A stretch of DNA of 63,812 nt, the filler included, from Octopus bimaculoides (lineage: Eukaryota): assembly GCF_001194135.2 (NCBI RefSeq). It is 8 parts of 7 records of this genome, joined end to end, with 100 filler letters (N's around TTAATTAATTAA, not from the genome) between each part and the next. Parts side by side here need not be neighbours in the genome. Positions count along the whole stretch, not along the records: positions 1 to 18,968 come from NC_069006.1; 7 more parts are not named here. One strand, 5' to 3'. Position 1 is the first letter of the stretch. Each line of letters starts with the position of its first letter. A model generated the notes under the pieces. That model was given only the letters and a program-made list of their open reading frames with translations, was not told the DNA's origin and made no database searches. This document shows, piece by piece, positions 1 through 13,304 of the stretch. The position numbers and the translations under genes were made by a program.

Positions 1-429
1 TATATATATATACATATATATATATATTTAAACAATACATACATACAATATATATACATATAATATATATATATATATATATACATATATACTTACACAC
101 ACCTATACATGTATACATTACGTACATACACGCACAAACGTGCACACACACACATCTGTATGCATGTATGTGTGTGGGCGCGCTTGCACATAGTTACATT
201 GTAAGGTCCTGGGAGTGTTTGTTGTCCCCTTTATCTTGGATTTTAACCCCAAACAATCGTACACCAAGATTAGATATGTTTACATAGACAAAATGGATTA
301 TATATAGAAAACTGTATATGTACGTATACGTGTATGTATGTGTGCGTATATATTATATATATGTATGTGTGCGTATATACATATATATATAAAATGTGTG
401 TATACATACATGGCATCTCTATACACAGC

Positions 430-470
<41 letters not shown>

Positions 471-656
471 CACACACACACACAAGTGGTGGTGGTTGTG
501 GTAAAGTTAATTCAGTGCAACTACTACTACTACTACTACTACCACTACTGTTATTATTAATGATGGTGGGGAAGGTGGTGGCAACACCAACTGCTGCTGC
601 TGTTATTGAGAAGTGGGGAAGAGGAAGAGGTAATATTGTGTAGAGTTGTGTGTAGA

Positions 657-666
657 GTCACGTGAC
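657..666. promoter_or_regulatory. Palindromic E-box GTCACGTGAC (CLEAR/USF/MiT-TFE-type site)
   Basis: Perfect 10-bp palindrome about 100 bp upstream of the SLC25A11 ATG; matches the known extended bHLH-ZIP consensus. Function is inferred. Confidence 0.5.
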
Positions 667-768
667 CTGCTCTAAGCTAACCAATTTTCTTCAGTGAATG
701 GAGAAAAAGTTAAGGAAGGTCGAGGTCTAAAGTGTTCCATTGCCGGGATACCAGTCAATCTACAGGAC

Positions 769-890
769 ATGTCTGAATCCAGCGCTCCACCGGCCCCAGT
801 TGCCGCCCCACCACCGCCACCCCCTGCGGCCCCTAAAGTCTCAAAATCCATCCCCAATTCTATCAAGTTCCTTTTCGGTGGTCTTTCTGG
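769..890 (+). CDS. SLC25A11: Mitochondrial 2-oxoglutarate/malate carrier, coding exon 1
   Basis: GGAC-ATG at 769 with an in-frame upstream TAA at 673-675; encodes MSESSAPPAPVAAPPPPPPAAPKVSKSIPNSIKFLFGGLS(G), matching the OGC KFLFGGLAG motif; GTAAGT donor at 891, phase 2. Confidence 0.92.
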
Positions 891-1700
891 GTAAGTTCCT
901 TCTTAACATTTTATCCGTTTGTCCTTGAACACAATCTGTCTTCTTCATTCTTACTCTCTCTTTCTACGCTGATTTGCTTAAGGCAGCTTCTTTAAGACCT
1001 CTGTATCTTTATCAATCTTCACTTTATCAAAGCAATTCTAATATCAGTCTTTTTAATATCTGAAGTACACGTCACTTTTCTCTATCTCTCTTGTTATTTA
1101 GTTCCAATTAACCTTGGTTTTAATCAAAATCAAAAAGATTCCAGCTGTAATCAACCAGTTTTTTTTTTTTTCGGGTTAAGTATGTTCCAATGACTCCAGT
1201 TTCCAACTTGCCCTTCCTTTCTTTTTAAGGCTGTAATTTGAGAGGGATTTTGCTGTTATTTCGAGCTTGTTTGACCACGTTTATAATACCGCTACCTTTC
1301 ACATTCGTTAACATCTCCCCTATAGTTGACATCATGGTCTTACTTTCTCCTTATATCTACTGCTATACTGGTTGGTCATCGCTAATTCTCTCCGTAGATA
1401 ACACAGCTGACTCCGTCTCTCTTCTTTGCATTGCTGTGTGCGTGTGTGCATGTATATATATATATATTTATCCTTGAAGGTCTGCGATGTGTCTCGGAGT
1501 CTCTTAAAGTGTATTTTTAAATGATCAGAGCAACTCTTCTTCGCATGACTAAATAAACGGTCATACATCTCTTACCTGTTTATACTTTGTCTATACTTGA
1601 AGGTCTGCTACATGTCTTCTTGGAGGCGCTTAAAGTGCATTATAAATGACCCACAGCAATCCTGGTTACATGTCTATACCTTGGCTGCCAGCACATTACG

Positions 1701-1770
<70 letters not shown>

Positions 1771-4751
1771 AATGACCTGGTCGCAGTTGTGCGACGACAA
1801 TTTTGACAGCTCAAGAAATAATAAAGTGAATTTATATTTTCGTGTTTTCAAATGATTGAAATGGCCCTTCCACGATGTAATACATACATACATACATACA
1901 TTTATTATATTATTTTACGGTCGAGTTTCTATAANNNNNNNNNNNNNNNNNNNNNNNNNNNNNNNNNNNNNNNNNNNNNNNNNNNNNNNNNNNNNNNNNN
2001 NNNNNNNNNNNNNNNNNNNNNNNNNNNNNNNNNNNNNNNNNNNNNNNNNNNNNNNNNNNNNNNNNNNNNNNNNNNNNNNNNNNNNNNNNNNNCATCTCGT
2101 TTTCTTATAGTAGTAAGTTGTAGTTGGTCGTAAGACGACACCTGCTGAACAAATCCCGTTAATCACTCAAATTTAAGTCAATCACCAATAAATGCAATCC
2201 CAATCGAATTAGTAACCTTTATTCGACTTCACGGTTCAATAAATAAAAAAACACATTTGTATAATGTCGTTTTACTTAGTAAATAGTTTCAAAACCGAGT
2301 CAGTTTATTTCGGATATAACAAATCCCCCTCCACCACCAAAAAAAAAAAAAGACCTCGGCGTGTATGAGGGTGTACAGCAGCAGATCTGGATCTCAGACG
2401 CAGGTTTTATTGTATGAGAGTACATGAGTACATGTCTCTGTTTGTTGCTCTTTCTCCTCCACTGCGTTTCCGCATCACATTGTATATATAACCACATGTG
2501 CCGAACATCGTTTTCCTTACCTTGTCTCTTGTCTTAATTACAGTTCGCTCCTGGTTCATATTTTCCACCGCTAACCACACCACCATTTCTGAGTCTTTAC
2601 TGCTCCTCACTATCTATCTATCTATCTATCTGCTTGTCTTTCTGTCTCTACCGTCTGTCTGTTTGCCCGTCTGTCTATCTAATTAACTACCTGTTGGTCA
2701 GCCTGTCTCTCTATATGTTACCTGCCTGATCACCTGTCTGTATATCAATCAAACTACCCTTCCTTTCCTCCCCACTACTCTTGTTGCTGTCATTTACACC
2801 TCACTTCACTCGTTCCAGCACCTCATAAACCCCATCTCCGCTGTTAGCAGCTAATCAACTCCTCTGTCACATTGTGTTCCTTTTCTCACTAGAAAATCCG
2901 AACGAAAACTAGTTTCCATTTTATAAATAGCAGACAGATCCTACCGTCTGTCCTTGAATAAAGACAAGCTGACCCAGGGCTACCTAACAACGTTAAATCG
3001 TTTTTATATCTCTCCTTATATGACACTGCAAACCTCGTCTGTCAACCTTGTCATTCCATATAATTATATAATTCAAGGTCCGCTACACACTACTCTAGGG
3101 TCCCTCGATGTGTTATAGTCCCATTAACTGTATTACCGGCAGCATATGTGTGTTGGGTGATGGGTAGATATTTGGATCTATAGTTAATACACATTATTAA
3201 CTATAATCTCACCCAAACTTATTCCCAAGTTCGATTTTCGGTGGAATTCTGGTTTAAGTACCCCATATAACCCCCTCGTAACTTTTTATTTTTTATTTTT
3301 TGAAATTTTCAGAAATATTTTGCGAATTTGTGTTCTACACAGGGAAAATTCATATGATTATGTAGTAAAAAAAAAAATTGTGCGTGATTTAACTGTTGTT
3401 TTTAGCACATCTCACGACCACCTGATACCGTCTTCGTTTGCTTGTCACTCTGACATGCATTGATGTCCATTGCTGAGATTGAGGCAAAAAATTCGTGTTG
3501 TCCGTATTTTAAACCCTGCGGTGGATGGGGGGGGGGGNNNNNNNNNNNNNNNNNNNNNNNNNNNNNNNNNNNNNNNNNNNNNNNNNNNNNNNNNNNNNNN
3601 NNNNNNNNNNNNNNNNNNNNNNNNNNNNNNNNNNNNNNNNNNNNNNNNNNNNNNNNNNNNNNNNNNNNNNNNNNNNNNNNNNNNNNNNNNNNNNNNNNNN
3701 NNNNNNNNNNNNNNNNNNNNNNNNNNNNNNNNNNNNNNNNNNNNNNNNNNNNNNNNNNNNNNTTTTTTTTTTCCGCTTTGTTTTTTGGTGCCACAACAGT
3801 ACTAAAAATCATGGACAGGTGCACATCAACTGTCGTGCATAACTGGGACTCCTCTGACTCGCTCCGAACGGATGTACACAATGTTTCTATCTTAAAGTTT
3901 TCTATTTGACAAACACGGGTCATTTTGTGTTTGTAGCCACACCAAATTGAATAATAAAGAAAACAGGAAGAACATTCCAATATCCATCGTCCAGTTTTAG
4001 ATTGTCAAAATATTGAAATAGGCACAAGCATAGTTGTGTGGTTATCGCAGCAGCCACGTGGCTTTGGTTAGTTTCCACTGCGTCACATCTTGGACAAGTA
4101 TTTCATACTGTGGCTTAGGGTTGACTTAATAACGTGTGCGCAGAACCTGGTAGACAGGAATTGTTCAGAAGTCCAGGGTGGGGTGTATGTATGTATATAT
4201 GTGTAGGGGGGAGCTGTGTATATATGTATCCATATACATACACACCTGTATATGGTGTATATATGTACACACACACACACACATATCTGTATGTGTGTAT
4301 GTATATATATATATATATATATATATACGGGAGGTTGTATATATATGGGGTGGGGTATGTATATTGAGATTGTGTGTATGAGAGGTTATATGGGTAGGAT
4401 GTTTATTAATAAGAGAAACGTGTGTGTGTGTGTTGATGATTTGTCCCTTTATACCCCATAATTTAGCGGTTCAACATCAATAAACTACATTCTGGGATCA
4501 ATATATTCGATTAAGTCCTTGAAAGCCGTGTCCCAACGTGGTCGCAGTCCAATGACTGAAACCAGTAAAAGACTATTTGTTTCGAATGTGTCCTCTGACT
4601 TCAAATGCCGCAGAGATCAATCAGCTCTGCCTTTCATCATTTTGAGATCGATAAATAAAATACCAGTGAAATGTTCAGAGTGTGGGACGAGATTCCTTGA
4701 CAACTGTTAACCAATTCTTTGCATCCTGGCTGCAACGTCTGCGACTAAACT

Positions 4752-5095
4752 CAGTGATGGGGACACTGCGTAGTTGCCCGAGGGTTTCGCGGGTCTAAGG
4801 GCGGCCCAATTCTGATCAGTGTATGCTGTGGCTTCTTATCAAAAAATGAATACTGAAGGGCCGAATGCCTTGGTTTGCCCGAGGTTGGAGGCCTATAATG
4901 CTGCGAGCACGGTTCTGACGACACAAGGTTCAATCTGTCTTGACATTTGTTCTTCTCTGCCTGGTGAAGAGAGATTTGCATATTTGAGCATCATTGTGCT
5001 GGTCTTCCACTCGTACACAGTCACATCTTGTCCACGTGTGGAGATGTTTAGTTTGGCTAGATTGATTGATGGTGATGCATGCTACAATTTCTAAA
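4752..5095 (-). mobile_element. Possible hAT (Buster/SPIN-like) transposon remnant
   Basis: CAGTGATGGGGA-type terminus at 4752; minus frame INLAKLNISTRGQDVTVYEW loosely resembles the hAT LNxLNxxLQG motif. Confidence 0.35.
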
Positions 5096-7774
5096 CGAAA
5101 GGGGGAGACAGTGGCACAATGGAGAATGCTTTCATGTAATCATTTAAACTAAGATTGTGGTTATCATTCGAGTTTCACGCTCTGATTTTTTAGGTGACAC
5201 ACCTCAAACATCGCTGAAAAGTGTAATTATAAGAATAACGATAAAAATCTCAGTTTAATTTGTTAAATATATTATGTATATGCAGCTAGGCTAACCTTAA
5301 TCAACTCCAGTTACGAGTAGTTCATTCTCTAAATACAAAATATTAGTTTATTTTGTAAGGTTATTGGAACAATAAATTCTTCCAGTACGGCTATATCGAA
5401 TGAGTTGCTATTGAATGAGGATTAAGATGTGCGGCTTTCATGCCTATCTGTTGACGAAGGGGAAGGACGTTAATTAGCAACGTAAAGAAAGAACTGTAAC
5501 TGGAACCCGGAGCTTCTTATCTATGTGGCTGCCATTCAAAACAGACACTTACATACATTATACACACACACGAAACAGAAAGAAAGAAAAGAAAGGAAAG
5601 GAGCACCGTTTCTACTAAGAATTTTGTAATGAATCCATATTAATAAAGTGTTGTGGATTAAATTTGCCGAATTCGGTGTGTGTATTCATTTGCCTGCCGT
5701 TAAAAATACACGATAACCCGTATTTAATCACATATTAAATCTGTTGCAAGTTGGTCGCCCACATTCCTTACCGTTCGACGTGGAATATATCTCACTCTTT
5801 GTTGTACTCTAATAAACCTGTTGTCCTCAACTGAAGGTCATTTGTAACTGTTTTACAGGTTGTCAATTAAAGACATATATATGTCATTATGCTAAAAACT
5901 CATGGTTTGCAGCTAATTTACATCGTCTTTCTTTACGTCGTTGATGGACGTTTTCCCCCCTCTTCTATATAGAAAGGCATGAATGCCGCATATTCCAATC
6001 CTCCCTCATAACTCTCATTCGATGTACTATATGCAAGGACAATTTGTTATTCCTGTAAACTCGCATTGTTGCTGGCAGACTCAAAGGAAAGCCATAACCA
6101 CCATTACTTCCTATTTCACGTCCGTTTTATAACTCAAAATCCTTTACGTGTCATGGGCAAGACGATATGATTGCTGGGGTCAAGTCATTGTCTTTTTAAA
6201 CAATGGAGCCATTCTAGACTAGGATTGGATAATAATAGTAATGATGATAATAATAATAATTTCTTGTATTAGACGTAAGGCCATAAACGTTTGTGGGACA
6301 AAGAGAACAGTCCATTATATCGATTCTAATGAATGGCCAGTACTTTATTAACTCCAAAACATCGGAAAGCATTAATTGATCTCTGCCGGTATTTCAATGA
6401 GAGACGACAACAACGATTATAATGAGGAGGATAAGCGTCCTTGCTGCTATTGGCCCCAGACCTGAAGTTTGGTGGGGGAGGGGGTTTGACATTTATATAT
6501 CGAATCCAGTAATCGACCGGTACTTTATTTTATCGATCCCGAAAGGATGAAAGGTAAAGTCAACCTCGGTGGAATTTGAACCGAAAGCGCCAATAATTCT
6601 ATCATTAACCACAGGCATTTTACAAAAGATCGAGAACCGTACCGGATAATATAGTGTGGGATTACATATTTGAGCATGTAAAAAGGGGAAACACACACAC
6701 ACACACACACACACANNNNNNNNNNNNNNNNNNNNNNNNNNNNNNNNNNNNNNNNNNNNNNNNNNNNNNNNNNNNNNNNNNNNNNNNNNNNNNNNNNNNN
6801 NNNNNNNNNNNNNNNNNNNNNNNNNNNNNNNNNNNNNNNNNNNNNNNNNNNNNNNNNNNNNNNNNNNNNNNNNNNNNNNNNNNNNNNNNNNNNNNNNNNN
6901 NNNNNNNNNNNNNNNNNNNNNNNNNNNNNNNNNNNNNNNNNNNNNNNNNNNNNNNNNCTTGTTTCGGTCATTGGAGTACGGCCATGCTGGGGCTCCGCCT
7001 TGAAGGATTTAGTAGAAGAAATCGATACCAGCATTTTTTAAAGCCTGAGGTTTATTCTATCGGTTTCATATTGCTGAATCGCTAAGTTACGGTGACTTAA
7101 ACAAAACAACAACGGCTGTCAGGTGGTAGTGGATACGTACACATATACTTACAAAGAAACACACACACACACACACGTGGCGATCCTTCGATATTGGTCT
7201 AGAGTGTCAGTATGAGGAGATGGCCTCATTCACCCTCTTTTTCAGCCTAGCCTCCTTATCCATGTTGTTAGGGAAGGTTGAGTGGGTTAAACAAAAAAAT
7301 TCACTCACATACATACAACAGGCTTCTTTCAGTTTCCGACGACCAAATTCACACACGAGGTATTGAATCGACCCAGGGCTAAAGAAGAAGACACATTGCA
7401 CTGTAACACAAGACATACACGCAAAATTTGCTGGAAATGTTTAAACAATATTCCTCAAGTCGAACTGGCAAATGGTGAGATTGAAACCTTGGTTCTCTAA
7501 ACCAATGTTGTGGTGGGGTAACACTGTTGTGTGACTGACTGCACACTGGGTGTTTGGGCAGTGCAGTACCATTTTCTTGGCAATAACATCTGCAGAAATT
7601 TTGCCTAATAAGTTATCACAAATGTTATCTTAGAATGCTTTGTTTATGGAACCGTTTGTGACCCAAATCAACTGTCTCTCGTCCCTCGTTCCTGCCAATT
7701 AATCTTATCAGCCAGTCACTGTATGCTTTATCTTGAACCTCATACTTCATTGTCCTTTTTTCTTCATAATACCT

Positions 7775-7827
<53 letters not shown>

Positions 7828-8466
7828 GTATATATATATGTGTATATATATGTATGTATATATGTATATATATGTGTATAAATATATATGTGTATATATA
7901 TATATGTATATATATGTATATGTATATATATGTGTATATATATGTATATATATATATGTATATATATGTATATGTATATATATGTGTATATATATGTATA
8001 TATATGTATATATATGTATATATATATATATATGTATATATATGTATATATGTATATATATGTATAATGTACACACACACACACACACACATATATATAT
8101 TCACACATANNNNNNNNNNNNNNNNNNNNNNNNNNNNNNNNNNNNNNNNNNNNNNNNNNNNNNNNNNNNNNNNNNNNNNNNNNNNNNNNNNNNNNNNNNN
8201 NNNNNNNNNNNNNNNNNNNNNNNNNNNNNNNNNNNNNNNNNNNNNNNNNNNNNNNNNNNNNNNNNNNNNNNNNNNNNNNNNNNNNNNNNNNNNNNNNNNN
8301 NNNNNNNNNNNNNNNNNNNNNNNNNNNNNNNNNNNNNNNNNNNNNNNNNNNNNNNNNNNNNNNNNNNNNNNNNNNNNNNNNNNNNNNNNNNNNNNNNNNN
8401 NNNNNNNNNNNNNNNNNNNNNNNNNNNNNNNNNNNNNNNNNATATATATATATATATACTAACATG

Positions 8467-8509
<43 letters not shown>

Positions 8510-9229
8510 GCATACATACATATTGTGTGTAGGTGGGTTGTTGTCCTCATAAAAAATACATGTGTTTTATTGACATGGTGACCTTCCCTTGGTACAAAAT
8601 CTGCTTCAGCATATGATTCCACATTTAAAAATCTTACAAACCAAACATGCATACACATATGTAGACACATTTATTTTAACAAACTTTCATAATCTTGGAA
8701 CCGAACAGGTGGTTAGTTGAAGTGAACTCCAAAACTCCAGTCACAAAATATATCTACATATATTAAGTGGGCGAGTGCATACACACACAGATACATATTG
8801 TAAAGTTCCAGTGAATTCTCCATCAGTAATGTTCCGTTATTTTAAAACTGACTTTGAAAATAAAGAAATAAACCTTAATCTAACATACATTATTCATAGC
8901 TAATTTCCCTTCACTGATTTTATTAATCTGAAACTGGTCCTCAACAAGGGTCCAATATGGCCCTTGGAGGGGGTCCATAGAAGATTTTGTTGTTAAAATT
9001 TATGTGTAATAAATTCCTTGTACTTCTACAATACACAAAATATTTTCAAAATTATTTTTATACTATTCTTAATAATATTTAACTATAAAAATATAATAGG
9101 ATTTTTAAAACTTTGATGAGGGGCCGTCTAAGTAAAATAGGAATGAAAGGGGTTCATGGGTAAAAAAATGATTGAGAAACACTTATCGAAAAGTGACCAT
9201 TTTATTACCATCAGAGATAATAATTACAT

Positions 9230-9590
9230 ATATAACATGTATGTATAGGATGCATGGTAAAGTAAAGACATCCTTTTGTCATGAGTGACCAGGATATTGC
9301 ATCTAGAAAGTTCCCCTCCTATGCACAAGTCTGGGTAAGGTTGTTTGTGGAAGATCAGCAGTTGTCCATGCATACCAGTCTCCCCTTTCCATGCTACCAA
9401 TGTTGTCCAAGGGAAAGGCAAAGGCCGATAGAGCTTGGCACCAGTGACATCATAACTCATTTCTACAGCTGGGTGAACTGCAGCAATGTGAAATAAAGTG
9501 TCTTGCTCAAGAACACAACCTAGTCTGGTCCAGGAATCGAACTCATTAGCTCATGACTGTGAGCCCAACACCCTGACCACTGAGCCTTGT
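9230..9590 (-). mobile_element. tRNA-derived SINE, family D
   Basis: Homologous to 21795-22135; minus-strand head GGCTCAGTGGTCAG...GAGTTCGATTCC and body TGTGTTCTTGAGCAAGACACTTTATTTCAC. Confidence 0.75.
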
Positions 9591-10673
9591 ACCTTCACAT
9601 ATTTAATTCAAAACCACATTAAAATACAAATCCCAAACTGGAGAAAACATTTTTTATCTAAACTTTTTTGGGTAAAATAGAATCCTAAAGTTGAAAACAA
9701 TCCTTAGGTCAACATGTTTGACTTCAAGTACTTTAAATACTAAAAAGAAAGCCTTAGTTACTCTTTCCAATTAATGTTATTTCTTGCAATCATCTTGCTA
9801 GTAAACATTTTCTATTCGTTTGATACATAAGCATGCTTTCTTCTCTCGTGTTTTAGGTTTGGTTCTAAAAACCTTTAGTTTTCTTTTGTTGTGTGTATTT
9901 ATTGAGGGGGATTGAAAGCTGGATCCATAGTCATTGGGTTTCATTATCACATGTGGACCCACTTACCATATATACTTGTGTATAGGTCACACTTTTTTTT
10001 ACTAAAAATTTTGATAAAAATCAGGCGTGCGACCTATCCACTTGACGTTACAAGGATCTGAAATAGATAGCAGCATATCAACAGTCGAAACGATTTATCA
10101 ATTAGACTACTTTCATAAAGTCACTTCCACAAAACTGTTTTAATATTTGTAAGCAAAATTTTGAAATAAAGGTGAATATTTGATAAGGAAGGAATTTCAA
10201 CCATGTTTCGTGGTCTGCTACCACAATAGCTCCTTTATAGGATCCAGTTAGCTCAAGACATCATCAGGAGCAACCACGTCCGGTTTCGGCCTCTACTCCT
10301 CTNNNNNNNNNNNNNNNNNNNNNNNNNNNNNNNNNNNNNNNNNNNNNNNNNNNNNNNNNNNNNNNNNNNNNNNNNNNNNNNNNNNNNNNNNNNNNNNNNN
10401 NNNNNNNNNNNNNNNNNNNNNNNNNNNNNNNNNNNNNNNNNNNNNNNNNNNNNNNNNNNNNNNNNNNNNNNNNNNNNNNNNNNNNNNNNNNNNNNNNNNN
10501 NNNNNNNNNNNNNNNNNNNNNNNNNNNNNNNNNNNNNNNNNNNNNNNNNNNNNNNNNNNNNNNNNNNNNNNNNNNNNNNNNNNNNNNNNNNNNNNNNNNN
10601 NNNNNNNNNNNNNNNNNNNNNNNNNNNNNNNNNNNNNNNNNNNNNNNNNNNNNNNNNNNNNNNNNNNNNNNNN

Positions 10674-10920
10674 AAGCCTAGTACTTATTCTATTGGTCTC
10701 TTTTTGCCAAACCGTCAAGTTACAGGGATGTAAACACACCAGCACTGGTTGTCATGCAGCTATGGGGTGGGGAGGACAAACACACATACACATACGACAG
10801 GCTTCTTTCAGTTTCCGTCTACCAAATCCACTCAAGGCTTTGGTTGGCCCAGGGCTATAGTAGAGACTGAACCCAGAACCATGTGGTTGGGAAGCAAACT
10901 TCTTACTACACAGTCATGCC
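10674..10920 (-). mobile_element. Composite SINE, family B
   Basis: Reverse-complement match to both halves of 32268-32720. Confidence 0.75.
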
Positions 10921-11039
10921 TGTCCCTATGGATCCCTTTAATTACTGTTTTATTCTAGTAGACCCCTACAGCCATTTGATGTTTAAAAACTAGTTTTATA
11001 CATGCTTTTTTCAAAATTCCTATATGGACACATAAGAGG

Positions 11040-11340
11040 TGCAGCAATATCAAAGGAAGGTTAACTGAGAAGAGAGATTTTGTGTGTGACAGATGCACAG
11101 GGGCAATAAATGCTGAAAATGTGCAGAAAACAGCTTCCCTCACATGACAGGGGGGGGGGAACTAGAAGTAGTTGATAGCTTCTGTTACCTAGGTGATCAA
11201 GTCAGTAACAGGGGTGGATGCTCTGACACCGTAGCTGCTAGAATAAGAATAGCCTGGGCAAAGTTCAGAGAGCTCCTACCTCTGCTGGTAACAAAGGGCC
11301 TCCTGCTCTGAGTGAAAAGTAGTCTGCATGCCGTATGTTC
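11040..11340 (+). mobile_element. RTE-like LINE reverse-transcriptase C-terminal fragment
   Basis: Reads LEVVDSFCYLGDQVSNRGGCSDTVAARIRIAWAKFRELLPLLVTKG, typical of the RTE-clade post-RT region; contains stops. Confidence 0.8.
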
Positions 11341-12024
11341 CACAAAAAAAAAAAAAAACCAAAATACTTGTTTTAGATGTATTTATTGCAAGAAGCAGCT
11401 CCATTTCTTTCTCTCACATTTTACATAGTTTGACATGTTTTCAGCCACTGAAACCTCTTCTCTCAGAGTGGCTTAATAGGTGCAGGCGTTTAAAAACTAG
11501 TTTTTAGACATTGAATGGTTATGGGGTCCACCAGAATAAGAGACTAATCAAAGGGGTCCATAGCTAAAAAATGATTGAGAACCTGAAGAAATTTTGCTTT
11601 CGATGTATATGTATTGGTATGTATTGCAAGAAACAGTTAGGTTACTTTCTTTAACATTTTACATAGTTCAACCTACACAAGCTGATGTGTCTGCCTGAGT
11701 AAAATAGAAAACCTAAGGTGTCCATAGGCAAAAAATAGTTTAGAATCTCTGCCCTAACTATTAGGCTACACTTCACACTTAAACATAGTTAGAAACCATC
11801 TAAAGACTTCCACAACTCTCTTAAAATTCTGTTCTATTTTAAAATATTTTTGGTGAACCAAAATAGGTTGTTTTTTTTTTTTTATCTGAAAATAAATTTT
11901 CCTCCTTCATAACCATGCTATCCATTCCTATTTCTTAATGTAATGTTATCTCTTTGTTGTCCTTGAGGTACAATAGCAGTAACTCCTACCTCTTTATCTT
12001 GCTCTCTCTTTCCTATACTTTCAG

Positions 12025-12086
12025 AATGGGTGCCACTTGTTTTGTTCAACCTCTTGACCTTGTTAAAAATAGAATGCAGCTCAGTG
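12025..12086 (+). CDS. SLC25A11: 2-oxoglutarate/malate carrier, exon 2
   Basis: Polypyrimidine tract + TTTCAG acceptor; encodes MGATCFVQPLDLVKNRMQLS with the carrier signature PxDxxKxRxQ; GTAGGT donor; phases 2/1 fit the neighbouring exons. Confidence 0.96.
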
Positions 12087-12468
12087 GTAGGTCTTTGTTT
12101 TATGACATACCTTTCATACTAATCATTTGTGATAGTTCTAGTATCTATCTTTAATAAAATATCTTTCATATAACATTACTTTATGACACATCTTTTGTAT
12201 CAGTCTTATATGACATCATTATTATTTAACATCCACTTTTGCTTTCTTGCATAAATGGGACAGAATTTGTTGAGTTGGATTTTCTTCAGCCAGATACGCT
12301 TTCTGTTGCCAACCCTCACTGTTTCCAACTAGGATATTTCCCCATTGTCCTGACGTGTCCCAGAAGATTGGAAATAAAGGACAATGCTTCCATGATGGCG
12401 ATACTTATTTTCAACTATCATGCAGTATGAAGGCAAGGAAACTGTAAAACACTTGCTCACACACATAC

Positions 12469-12504
<36 letters not shown>

Positions 12505-13304
12505 NNNNNNNNNNNNNNNNNNNNNNNNNNNNNNNNNNNNNNNNNNNNNNNNNNNNNNNNNNNNNNNNNNNNNNNNNNNNNNNNNNNNNNNNNNNNNNNN
12601 NNNNNNNNNNNNNNNNNNNNNNNNNNNNNNNNNNNNNNNNNNNNNNNNNNNNNNNNNNNNNNNNNNNNNNNNNNNNNNNNNNNNNNNNNNNNNNNNNNNN
12701 NNNNNNNNNNNNNNNNNNNNNNNNNNNNNNNNNNNNNNNNNNNNNNNNNNNNNNNNNNNNNNNNNNNNNNNNNNNNNNNNNNNNNNNNNNNNNNNNNNNN
12801 NNNNNNNNNNNNNNNNNNNNNNNNNNNNNNNNNNNNNNNNNNNNNNNNNNNNNNNNNNNNNNNNNNNNNNNNNNNNNNNNNNNNNNNNNNNNNNNNNNNN
12901 NNNNNNNNNNNNNNNNNNNNNNNNNNNNNNNNNNNNNNNNNNNNNNNNNNNNNNNNNNNNNNNNNNNATATATATACTAGACTACCCGTGACCCGTTGGG
13001 TCATCGGGAAAGTCTGATTTTCCAAGTAATAGTTTTGTTTCGTGGGCTCTTTTTTTCCTTTTCCATGTTACTTTGCATGTTTTCAACGAATTTAGACCAT
13101 GCTATTCCTCCTCTTCTACCTCAATCCCTTTAAAATTCCCTCTATAGTCACTATACTAGAAGTGTAAAGACAATTTTAGTTGTAATTTATGGCTCCTGTG
13201 AGAAACAGGGAGCAGTGTTCATGATCATTTCAAGCCTGACCCCAAGAACGGAATCACTGATGTGGTTAATGTTTAGTTCTTATATAGCCTTAACATTGAT
13301 GTCA

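Noticed and set aside
270-643. ORFs rich in YI/CV/HT dipeptides here and throughout (e.g. 7625-8670, 28495-29903, 49746-51197, 54125-54571, 62755-63757)
   Set aside because: Translations of (TA)n, (CA)n and (CATA)n microsatellites or read-through of N gaps.
694-768. N-terminal extension MNGEKVKEG... from the ORF track
   Set aside because: Position 694 is GTG, not ATG; the first in-frame ATG is 769.
3400-4010. Possible DNA-transposon or Helitron coding remnant around a gap
   Set aside because: No motif I can identify; the long ORFs depend on N read-through.
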